From: Nostoc sp. PCC 7120 = FACHB-418
GTDB taxonomy: Bacteria; Cyanobacteriota; Cyanobacteriia; Cyanobacteriales; Nostocaceae
Assembly (NCBI RefSeq): GCF_000009705.1
Contig: NC_003272.1
Span: 6,120,001-6,152,000, forward strand
Length of the DNA stretch: 32,000 bases
Direction: 5' to 3'
Positions 17,658-24,792 of the stretch are shown here, one piece after another. The notes below the pieces were generated by a model. That model made no database searches, was not told where the DNA came from, and worked only from the letters and a program-made list of their open reading frames with translations. Within the stretch, counting starts at the first letter, position 1. Each line of letters starts with the position of its first letter. A program made the translations under genes and the position numbers.

Positions 17658-17737
17658 AAAGTGAGTTTGATGGCATCTGCATAGTCATGAAGGAATTAGC
17701 GGATCTTATTTTTCTAATTCCTTCTAGCACTCACTTT
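17658..17737 (+). other. nested hairpin in array spacer 3 (outer stem AAAGTGAG/CTCACTTT, inner stem GAAGGAATTAG/CTAATTCCTTC)
   Basis: The outer stem pairs 17658-65 with 17730-37 and the inner stem pairs 17689-99 with 17714-24. The outer stem sequence differs from spacer 1, but pairing is preserved. Confidence 0.6.
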
Positions 17738-17777
17738 ACGAATAACTAAGTCCATCAAAAATACAAGGTTGTCAGCG

Positions 17778-18020
17778 ATGTATTGCCAATTATTTATCAA
17801 TTTATCTGATACACAACAAGCAGTTGTTACTGGTGGTACTGATTTTCAACTCGATGCTACTTTCTACGAGACTTATCGCAATGTACTAAATGGTGGTACA
17901 ACTTCCGGCCCTAACGGTAGCACTGCTTTCTCTAACGGTAGCTCCATGAGAATTAAAACTGCTGGACTGGCTTTATTAGCTCTAGATAATGACAAAATAT
18001 GGTCATTGCCAGAAAACTAA
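17778..18020 (+). CDS. double-glycine leader peptide precursor, family A copy 4 (diverged)
   Basis: The leader is MYCQLFINLSDTQQAVVTGG and the core is TDFQLDATFYETYRNVLNGGTTSGPNGSTAFSNGSSMRIKTAGLALLALDNDKIWSLPEN. Confidence 0.75.
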   Translation: MYCQLFINLSDTQQAVVTGGTDFQLDATFYETYRNVLNGGTTSGPNGSTAFSNGSSMRIKTAGLALLALDNDKIWSLPEN

Positions 18021-18114
18021 TCCAGTTATAAGTTGAGCCATGAGCTGTAGGGTCGCATATTTACGCGACTCTACGACAAACAAACAGCAAATTTATGAGC
18101 AGGTAAATACAACT

Positions 18115-18390
18115 ATGTCTCAAAACATCAACCTAAACAAATCTCAGTATCTTCAAGATTTATCCGAACAGGAACAAGAGATTATATGCGGTGGTTATTT
18201 ATTTCCCAACTCTAACATTTTTATGCAAATAACCAATCTTTTAACTACTGCCAAAAGTCAAACGAGTGCTACAGAGGATGATCAAACAATTACATCATAC
18301 CAAGAAACTATATATCACTACACACAAATAACTCTAGTTATTGCATCTTCTAAAGATGATGCTGAAAGCTCATTTGGTAATTATTTTTAG
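18115..18390 (+). CDS. double-glycine leader peptide precursor, family B
   Basis: From the internal ATG at 18115, the leader is MSQNINLNKSQYLQDLSEQEQEIICGG and the core is YLFPNSNIFMQITNLL.... A 10-bp hairpin (gtagggtcgc/gcgactctac) lies at about 18049-18075 upstream. Confidence 0.55.
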   Translation: MSQNINLNKSQYLQDLSEQEQEIICGGYLFPNSNIFMQITNLLTTAKSQTSATEDDQTITSYQETIYHYTQITLVIASSKDDAESSFGNYF

Positions 18391-18630
18391 GCGATGTACT
18401 GTCGGTTTATCTCAATTTCTCTACAAGGTATTTACAGCAGTACAAGCAAAGGACATTCTAAAAAGTTATTTGCTTGTAGTTACTTTTGCACAAATTTGCA
18501 TTTCTTGCTACTGCATATATACAAATATTGAATACATATAAAACAATCAATACTTTAAGAAATTGACATACTAGGCTCAATCCATTCAACATAGTTTGTC
18601 AATCCCATAGATTTGTTCACTCCGTAATTA

Positions 18631-18660
18631 CTGGAACATCAGATGATGTTCCAGTTTTTC
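18631..18660 (+). terminator. Rho-independent terminator after the array and peptide B
   Basis: ctggaacatc-agat-gatgttccag forms a perfect 10-bp stem and is followed by ttttt. Confidence 0.8.
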
Positions 18661-18913
18661 TAATATATAAATCATATAGGCATCCGATTTGATTTGTGAG
18701 AAAATTTAGGTGCCTGAAGCGTTGGTATTGCCTAACATATGCTGTTTTTTATGGGCAATAAACGCCCTACTGCATATCCTGAGATTTTTCAAATGTAAGT
18801 ATGTAAATAAAATTTATATAAAATACAGTATAATTAATGCGTAGTTCATGTCTGTATTTTTATGAAGATTCAATTATATAATTATGTAACTTTATCAGAA
18901 AAAATCGGCAATT

Positions 18914-19040
18914 AAGTTTGCATGAATCATAAATGAATTAACTAATAACTACCAGCTATTGTATTAATCAAGCGAGGATTGAAGAAGCCAATTGAGGGCA
19001 ATCAATCTTCGATATCAATTAAATTACGGAGTTTTTAATT
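18914..19040 (+). promoter_or_regulatory. conserved upstream module U2 of peptide C
   Basis: AAGTTTGCATGAATCATAAATGAATTAACTA...CTATTGTATTAATCAAGC (box at 18964-73). The stem is GGATTGA (18976-82) / TCAATCT (19002-08). The SD GGAG lies upstream of the ATG at 19041. Confidence 0.6.
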
Positions 19041-19277
19041 ATGTCTAACCAATTGTTTAGAAACGTATCTCTTGAGCAACAAGAAATGGTAGTTGGTGCA
19101 AGTGGAAAATTTCAACTATATCCAGAATATCCAGTCAAGGGTAAAGGAAGACAAGAGGGATATCCTGAATATGCTGAAGTTGATAAAGATTTTGTAAAAG
19201 GCGATGGTTTTCCTAAACCTAATAAACCTATTACATCTAATGGGCATATTACATTAAATTTCCACTTTTATTTTTAG
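19041..19277 (+). CDS. GG-type (Gly-Ala) leader peptide precursor, family C
   Basis: MSNQLFRNVSLEQQEMVVGA-SGKFQLYPEYPVKGKGRQEGYPEYAEV.... The leader resembles family A, while the core is unrelated and rich in Tyr, Pro, Lys and Gly. Confidence 0.6.
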   Translation: MSNQLFRNVSLEQQEMVVGASGKFQLYPEYPVKGKGRQEGYPEYAEVDKDFVKGDGFPKPNKPITSNGHITLNFHFYF

Positions 19278-19436
19278 GGTGGAATGAACTGAATTAGTTT
19301 CAACTGATTGTAGAGTTACTCCAATGGATTGATTCTATATCAACATATTTTCTGTGACAAAAATAAAATCCAATAAAGTACTCAAATGAACTATATTTAT
19401 AGTTCATCTGAAATACAAACTTGTCATACTATAGAA

Positions 19437-19468
19437 GCCAAAACATCTAATGATGTTCTGGCTTTTTT
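19437..19468 (+). terminator. Rho-independent terminator after peptide C
   Basis: gccaaaacatc-taat-gatgttctggc forms an 11-bp stem with one mismatch and is followed by tttttt. The stem core is related to the 18631 terminator. Confidence 0.75.
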
Positions 19469-19619
19469 GATATTTTGTCCAAATTTAAATATATAGAAAA
19501 AAATACACATTGAATCTAATTAGATAAATTTTAGTATGATGAACAGAAAAATTATGTCTGTATTTTTCTGAATCTGCACTGATTTAAGTATGTAAATAAG
19601 TTTGATCAAATAGGAAATT

Positions 19620-19760
19620 AATTTGGCACAAAATGTAAATGACTTAGATATTGACTCCTAGTTATTCTTTTAATCAAGCGACACGTTGAGTAGCTTGTAA
19701 GAAGTAATCAACTACCAGCTTGGATTAACCTAAAACAATTCTTTTGACGGAGTAAGAATC
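19620..19760 (+). promoter_or_regulatory. conserved upstream module U3 of peptide D (more diverged)
   Basis: AATTTGGCAC..AAATGACTTAGATA..TTAATCAAGC (box at 19670-79). The stem is GTTGA (19685-89) / TCAAC (19708-12). The SD GGAG lies upstream of the ATG at 19761. Confidence 0.5.
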
Positions 19761-20018
19761 ATGCAAGTTATCGAAAAAAACAATCTGTTTACACAAATTT
19801 CTGTAGAAGAATCTGGAGTAGCTGCTGGGGGAGCTACTGTTTATTTCGATCAATCTATCTATAACTTCATTGTCGGTACTGCAATTGACAAACTATTTCC
19901 TGTTGATCCTCCTACTCTTCTTCAACTCACAGAAATTAGAGAATATGCTGCCCAGAAGTCAATATTCGCTAGTCCTTTTAATGATGTGAACCCAAAATAC
20001 TTCCCACTAGACAGATAG
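19761..20018 (+). CDS. double-glycine leader peptide precursor, family D
   Basis: The leader is MQVIEKNNLFTQISVEESGVAAGG and the core is ATVYFDQSIYNFIVGTAIDKLFPVDPP.... The core N-terminus is paralogous to the 20331 peptide. Confidence 0.6.
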   Translation: MQVIEKNNLFTQISVEESGVAAGGATVYFDQSIYNFIVGTAIDKLFPVDPPTLLQLTEIREYAAQKSIFASPFNDVNPKYFPLDR

Positions 20019-20143
20019 GAGTTTCTGATAATCCAAAATCTGAGGAGATGACATAAAAGTATAAGGCCAGCAAATGGCAACATTAAATTTGTCAACTCTC
20101 TCTAGAAAAACTGGATAATTGGAAAATAAGCAAATTATGGAAT

Positions 20144-20169
20144 ACTGGAACATACTTAAGTGTTCCAGT
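20144..20169 (+). terminator. hairpin after peptide D (ACTGGAACA/TGTTCCAGT), with a weak T-tract
   Basis: actggaaca-tacttaag-tgttccagt forms a 9-bp stem followed by atttcat. The stem shares the CTGGAACA core with the 18631 terminator. Confidence 0.5.
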
Positions 20170-20330
20170 ATTTCATACAAAATTATTGTGAACTGCATAA
20201 ATCAATAAAAATCTGAAATGATTATGAGATAAATATTTTGATTTTATGGCTTTATTTAACTGCATACTAATCCATTATCATATAATACATTTTATCAATT
20301 TCATCACACATAAAACAAGGTAATAAAAAA

Positions 20331-20585
20331 GTGATAGACATTGATACCAATCTTTTTATAGATATTTACCCTGAGAAATCTGAGTCTGTTAGTGGAGGAT
20401 ACACTAGAGTTGATTTTGATTTGAACATTTATCTATTCATTTTAGGTGTTGGTGTTGTATATGGCAATTCTGGACTGACTCCAGAGGAAATTCAATTTGC
20501 ATGGGAATCAGCCTTCATATTTCATGATAATTACACATTTTCCCGGAGAACTAGAAGAGCAATAACTGATGACAGTTATTATTAA
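20331..20585 (+). CDS. double-glycine leader peptide precursor, family D' (paralogue of 19761)
   Basis: The start is GTG. The leader is MIDIDTNLFIDIYPEKSESVSGG and the core is YTRVDFDLNIYLFILGVGVVYGNSG.... Confidence 0.5.
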   Translation: MIDIDTNLFIDIYPEKSESVSGGYTRVDFDLNIYLFILGVGVVYGNSGLTPEEIQFAWESAFIFHDNYTFSRRTRRAITDDSYY

Positions 20586-20779
20586 TAATAATTCATTAAT
20601 TTGAATTTATTAATTGCCACACTTTTCATCATATTAATTAAGTAGACTAGCGCAAATAAACCGAGGTTTAAAAAAAATAAAGTTCTCTAAAAACCTCTTT
20701 ACCTCTGTCTCCTGCCTTGTCATAACGACAACTTTTAATACCGATGTACTTACCTTATTAAACAAAAACTTGTTTGATC

Positions 20780-22930
20780 ATGAAATATGTTTACGTTCAA
20801 CAACATAGTCAAGAAGATTGTGGTGCAGCTTGTATTGCATCGATCGCCAAACATTATGGACGCAATTTTACTCTCAGCCGTATCCGTGAAGCTGTAGGTA
20901 CAGGGCAATTTGGGACAACTTTATTGGGGTTAAAACGAGGTGCAGAAACACTTGGTTTTAATGCGCGCCCAGTTAAAACTACACCGGAACTTCTAAACCA
21001 AATACATGAAGCGCCTTTACCTGCAATTATTCATTGGAAGGGAAATCACTGGGTTGTTTTCTATGGTAAGAAGGGCAAAAAATGTGTAATCGCAGATCCA
21101 GCCGTTGGTATTCGTTATCTATCTGAGAAAGATTTAGTTGAAGGTTGGACGGATTGGTTAATGCTGTTAGTAGAACCAAATCCAGAACTATTTTGGAAGC
21201 TAGAAGATGATAAAGTTAGCGGCTTTTGGCGTTTCTTTAAACGTGTCTGGCATTTTCGTCATATCTTAGCCCAAGCTATCCCCCTAAATCTACTGTTGGG
21301 GGTTCTATCTTTAGCCTCTCCGTTTCTTTTACAAGTCCTTACCGATGATATTTTAGTCCGGGGTGATACAAGACTACTGACTACGATGGCGATCGCTGTA
21401 TTAGTCATGAATTTAATTTCTAGTAGTCTTTCTTGGGTACAATCAAATTTAATCGCTCATTTTGCCCAAAGACTACAATTAGGATTAGTCTTAGAATTTT
21501 GTCGGCAGATTCTCCAGTTACCCCTGTCATATTACGAATCTCGGCGCAGTGGGGAAATTGTTAGTCGTCTCCGAGATATTAATCAAATTAATCAGTTAGT
21601 CGCTCAAGTCGTTATCAGTTTACCAAGTCGGTTTTTTATTGCGGCTATTTCTTTTTGTATCATGATTTTCTATAGCTGGAAGCTAACAGTAGTAGCCATG
21701 ATTGTATCTGCCTTCATGACTATATCTACTATTGTGTTTCAGCCGACATTGCAGCAAAAAACTCGTGAGCTTTTAGTCAAAGATGCAGAAGCTCAAGGTG
21801 TTTTAGTAGAAACATTTAAAGGCGCTCTTACGGTCAAGACGACCACAGCTAGTCCGCATTTTTTAGATGAATTACAAAGTCGGTTTGGTCATCTTGCTAA
21901 CATCACATTACGGACAATTCAAATTGGGATTATTAATGGTACATTTTCAGGTTTGGTTTCTGGGATTGGTTCGATAGCGTTGTTGTGGTTTGGTGGTAAT
22001 TTAGTAATTAATCCGGCAGAAAATTTGAGTATTGGGAAGCTACTAGCTTTTAACTCAATGAATGGCAACTTTCTAGGATTAATTAGTACTCTGATAAGTT
22101 TTGTTGATGAATTTACTACTGCGAAAACTGCTGTACAAAGGCTCACAGAAGTCATAGATACTACACCTGAAAACGAAGGAGATGGGAAAAAGCCTTTTAC
22201 CTCGATCTCTGGTGATGCTGATATTATTTGTACAAATGTCAACTTTCACTATACTGGTCGAGTTGACTTACTAGAAGACTTTACGTTGACAATTCCTGGT
22301 AGTAAAGTCACTGCTATTATCGGCAAATCGGGATGTGGTAAAAGTACCGTCGCCAAATTAATTACTAGTTTATATACTCTGCAATCTGGGAATATTCGGA
22401 TTGGACTATATAACCTTCAAGATATTGCCCTTGATTGTTTACGCCAGCAAGTAGTTTTAGTTCCTCAAGATGCCCATTTTTGGAGTCGTTCTATTATCGA
22501 AAACTTTCGTTTAGGCTCGCCATTTGTTACATTTGAGCAAATTGTTAGAGCTTGTCAAGTTGCTGGAGCCGATGAGTTTATTGGTAGACTACCTGATAAA
22601 TATCAAACGATTTTAGGAGAATTTGGCGCAAATATTTCTGGTGGACAACGCCAGCGTTTAGCGATAGCTAGAGCTATTGTTACAGAACCACCAATTCTAA
22701 TTTTGGATGAATCTACTGGTGGACTTGATCCAGTGAGTGAAGCCCAAGTTTTAGATGAATTATTACACCATCGCCAAGGTAAAACCACAATTTTAATTAG
22801 TCACCGTCCCAAAGTAATTAATCGGGCTGATTGGATTGTTTTACTAGATCAAGGACGTTTAAAACTTCAAGGTTCCATAGAAGATTTACGGACTAAAGCA
22901 GGAGAGCATTTAGATTTCTTAATTCCTTGA
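20780..22930 (+). CDS. peptidase C39 domain-containing ABC transporter (bacteriocin/double-glycine peptide cleavage and export, ComA/LagD/HetC class)
   Basis: The N-terminal C39 domain keeps the catalytic residues: Q..DCGAAC (QHSQEDCGAACIASIA), GNHWVVFYG and IADP. It has a six-TM ABC core, Walker A GKSGCGKST, signature ISGGQRQR, Walker B ILILDE and H-loop ISHR. I use the ATG at 20780, two codons inside the track's TTG. Confidence 0.9.
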   Translation: MKYVYVQQHSQEDCGAACIASIAKHYGRNFTLSRIREAVGTGQFGTTLLGLKRGAETLGFNARPVKTTPELLNQIHEAPLPAIIHWKGNHWVVFYGKKGKKCVIADPAVGIRYLSEKDLVEGWTDWLMLLVEPNPELFWKLEDDKVSGFWRFFKRVWHFRHILAQAIPLNLLLGVLSLASPFLLQVLTDDILVRGDTRLLTTMAIAVLVMNLISSSLSWVQSNLIAHFAQRLQLGLVLEFCRQILQLPLSYYESRRSGEIVSRLRDINQINQLVAQVVISLPSRFFIAAISFCIMIFYSWKLTVVAMIVSAFMTISTIVFQPTLQQKTRELLVKDAEAQGVLVETFKGALTVKTTTASPHFLDELQSRFGHLANITLRTIQIGIINGTFSGLVSGIGSIALLWFGGNLVINPAENLSIGKLLAFNSMNGNFLGLISTLISFVDEFTTAKTAVQRLTEVIDTTPENEGDGKKPFTSISGDADIICTNVNFHYTGRVDLLEDFTLTIPGSKVTAIIGKSGCGKSTVAKLITSLYTLQSGNIRIGLYNLQDIALDCLRQQVVLVPQDAHFWSRSIIENFRLGSPFVTFEQIVRACQVAGADEFIGRLPDKYQTILGEFGANISGGQRQRLAIARAIVTEPPILILDESTGGLDPVSEAQVLDELLHHRQGKTTILISHRPKVINRADWIVLLDQGRLKLQGSIEDLRTKAGEHLDFLIP

Positions 22931-23047
22931 ATTTTAAGAAAAGTGGGGACTAGGGGTAATGAGAAAGAGTGCAATATGAGTAACTTAGTTTTCCCTGTTC
23001 TCTATTGATTTTTTCCTATTTAAATACTGATAATTATTTGGTGAAGT

Positions 23048-24451
23048 ATGCTGTATATTCAAAATAAGAAACTTATCCCTCCCCTGCAAGATGATGATGC
23101 TTTACCACCAGTTGGTATTTGGACATCTTTGCTGGGGTTATTTCTTGTAGTGTCTGTTGGTTCAGCGATCGCCTTATCCTCATGGATTAAATATAATGTT
23201 GTCATCAAAGCGGCGGCTACTGTTCGTCCTATAGGCGAAACTCGCTTGGTACAGCCAGAAATTGAGGGGACAATTCAGAACCTGTTAGTTACAGAAAATC
23301 AAGTTGTCAAGCGGGGTGATGCGATCGCTACTCTCAATACAGAACAATTACAAATCAAGCAAAGTCAACTACAAGGTAATATCCAACAAATTAAATTACA
23401 GCTTGTCCAAATTGATGCTCAAATCAGTACTTTCAATAGTCAAATACTCGCGGAAACCAAGGTAATTGAGCGTACAGTGGCTTCTGCTCAAGCAGACCTG
23501 GTTCGTAATCAACGAGAATATCAAGAACGTCAAATCACTACACAAAGTGAATATATTGCTTCTGAAGCTAGTTTACAAAAAGCCATAGCAGATTTACGTA
23601 AATCTCAAGCTGATTTGAATTTTGCTAACGCAGATCGCGATCGCTATCAGCAACTAGCTGATATTGGTGCGATTGGTAGGCGGGAATATGAACAGAAAAA
23701 ACTTGTGGTAGAACAGGCTAAATCAGCCTTGGAAGCGGGAAAACGCTCTGTGGAAATTGCTCAAGCCAAAATGCAATCGGCAAAGGCTGGGGTTAATCCT
23801 AGCATGGCAACGGTGGCGATCGCGCAAGAACGTATTGCTCAAGAAGTTGCTAGGGGTGAGGCTACCATCGCTACGTTGCAGAAAGAACAGCAAGCTTTAG
23901 TTCAGCGACGTTTAGAAATGCTTTCCCAACTCAACCAATCCCAAAAAGAATTACAACAAGTAGAAAAGCAACTGCAAAGTAGCGTCATTCGCGCTACCAG
24001 TGACGGGATTATCCTGAAGTTAAATCTGCGGAACCCTGGTCAAGTGGTACGCACTAGTGAGGCGATCGCGGAAATTGCACCACAAAATGCGCCGCTAGTA
24101 GTTAAAGCCATGATTCCCACCGCAGACATTAAAAAGGTGGCGGTGGGGAAGAAAGTCCAATTGCGTGTTAATGCTTGTCCTTACCCAGATTACGGTGTTC
24201 TCCATGCTGTGGTGAGTGCTGTTTCTCCAGATGCGATCGCACCTCAAAATAACAATCCAGGGGGAGCATTGTCGGCTGCTGCAACTCCTTATTTTGAAGC
24301 TACTATCCAACCAGAAAAACTCGCATTTGGGAATGGCGATCGTCAGTGTCATATCCAGTCAGGTATGCAGGCAGAGGCTCATATTATTTCTCAAGAGGAG
24401 ACAGCACTACGATTTATCCTACGAAAAGCAAGACTTATCACTGATTTGTAA
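23048..24451 (+). CDS. HlyD-family membrane fusion/secretion adaptor protein
   Basis: It has an N-terminal TM helix (IWTSLLGLFLVVSVGSAIAL), lipoyl-like strands, a long Q/A/E-rich coiled coil and a C-terminal beta-barrel region. It lies directly downstream of the ABC exporter. Confidence 0.85.
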   Translation: MLYIQNKKLIPPLQDDDALPPVGIWTSLLGLFLVVSVGSAIALSSWIKYNVVIKAAATVRPIGETRLVQPEIEGTIQNLLVTENQVVKRGDAIATLNTEQLQIKQSQLQGNIQQIKLQLVQIDAQISTFNSQILAETKVIERTVASAQADLVRNQREYQERQITTQSEYIASEASLQKAIADLRKSQADLNFANADRDRYQQLADIGAIGRREYEQKKLVVEQAKSALEAGKRSVEIAQAKMQSAKAGVNPSMATVAIAQERIAQEVARGEATIATLQKEQQALVQRRLEMLSQLNQSQKELQQVEKQLQSSVIRATSDGIILKLNLRNPGQVVRTSEAIAEIAPQNAPLVVKAMIPTADIKKVAVGKKVQLRVNACPYPDYGVLHAVVSAVSPDAIAPQNNNPGGALSAAATPYFEATIQPEKLAFGNGDRQCHIQSGMQAEAHIISQEETALRFILRKARLITDL

Positions 24452-24539
24452 GTTAATCCAGGTATAGTGTTTCTCGTTTTAGTAACTATATGTCCTTGAT
24501 TTCAGGGGCTAGAGACTAGGGGTTATACTCAAATTAAAA

Positions 24540-24580
24540 CTTAAGATCCCCGACTTCTCAAAGAAGTCGGGGATCTTAAG
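24540..24580. repeat. perfect 19-bp palindromic hairpin (CTTAAGATCCCCGACTTCT-caa-AGAAGTCGGGGATCTTAAG)
   Basis: Direct reading. The CCCCGACTTCT...AGAAGTCGGGG core resembles a small palindromic element I recall as dispersed in cyanobacterial genomes. It may terminate the exporter operon, although no T-tract follows. Confidence 0.6.
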
Positions 24581-24792
24581 CTGTCTATATCCACTAATTC
24601 AGATATTTTACCTTTTCTCAGAAGTATACTATCAATTTTTGGATAGAAAATTGGAAATTTTAGACAGATTATTTGTCATAAATCTATAGTGAATTCATTA
24701 ATAGTATTGACCTATGATGACAAAATAATTAATAGATAGATTTTGTGTCTCTGAAAATAAGCACACAAATTATACTTTTCACCCTCTGAGTT

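Larger units (their letters stand above)
16546..18043 (+). repeat. 4x tandem duplication (periods 410/404/399 nt), each unit carrying one GG-leader peptide gene plus a structured spacer
   Basis: The start codons at 16565, 16975, 17379 and 17778 sit in the same context, aactacgaggttgtcagttATGtctcacgaattgtt (the fourth is diverged). Units 2 and 3 are nearly identical. Confidence 0.9.

Noticed and set aside
16546-18043. Could the ~400-nt tandem repeat be a CRISPR-like or mobile repeat array?
   Set aside because: Each unit contains a complete SD-ATG-ORF-stop encoding a paralogous GG-leader peptide. The repeat period is far too long for CRISPR, and no transposase or terminal inverted repeats are present.
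18341-18541. A 66-aa ORF overlapping the 3' end of peptide B, and the 63-aa minus-strand ORF at 20007-20198.
   Set aside because: Both lie in AT-rich intergenic DNA, have no SD, and one runs through a terminator hairpin. Their Ile/Leu/Phe/Tyr-rich translations are what AT-rich non-coding DNA yields by chance.
16565-20585. Are the small peptides lanthipeptide, cyanobactin, microviridin or other heavily modified RiPP precursors, or PatS/HetN-type heterocyst morphogens?
   Set aside because: The predicted cores contain no Cys. No LanM/LanBC, YcaO, PatA/G-type protease, ATP-grasp, radical-SAM or prenyltransferase gene is in the window. No RGSGR motif is present. An unmodified class II-like secreted peptide is the simplest reading.
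20664-20703. A GAGGTTT...AAACCTC hairpin upstream of the ABC transporter, as a possible terminator or attenuator.
   Set aside because: The stem is only 7 bp with an A-rich loop of about 20 nt. That is too weak to call without experimental 3'-end data.
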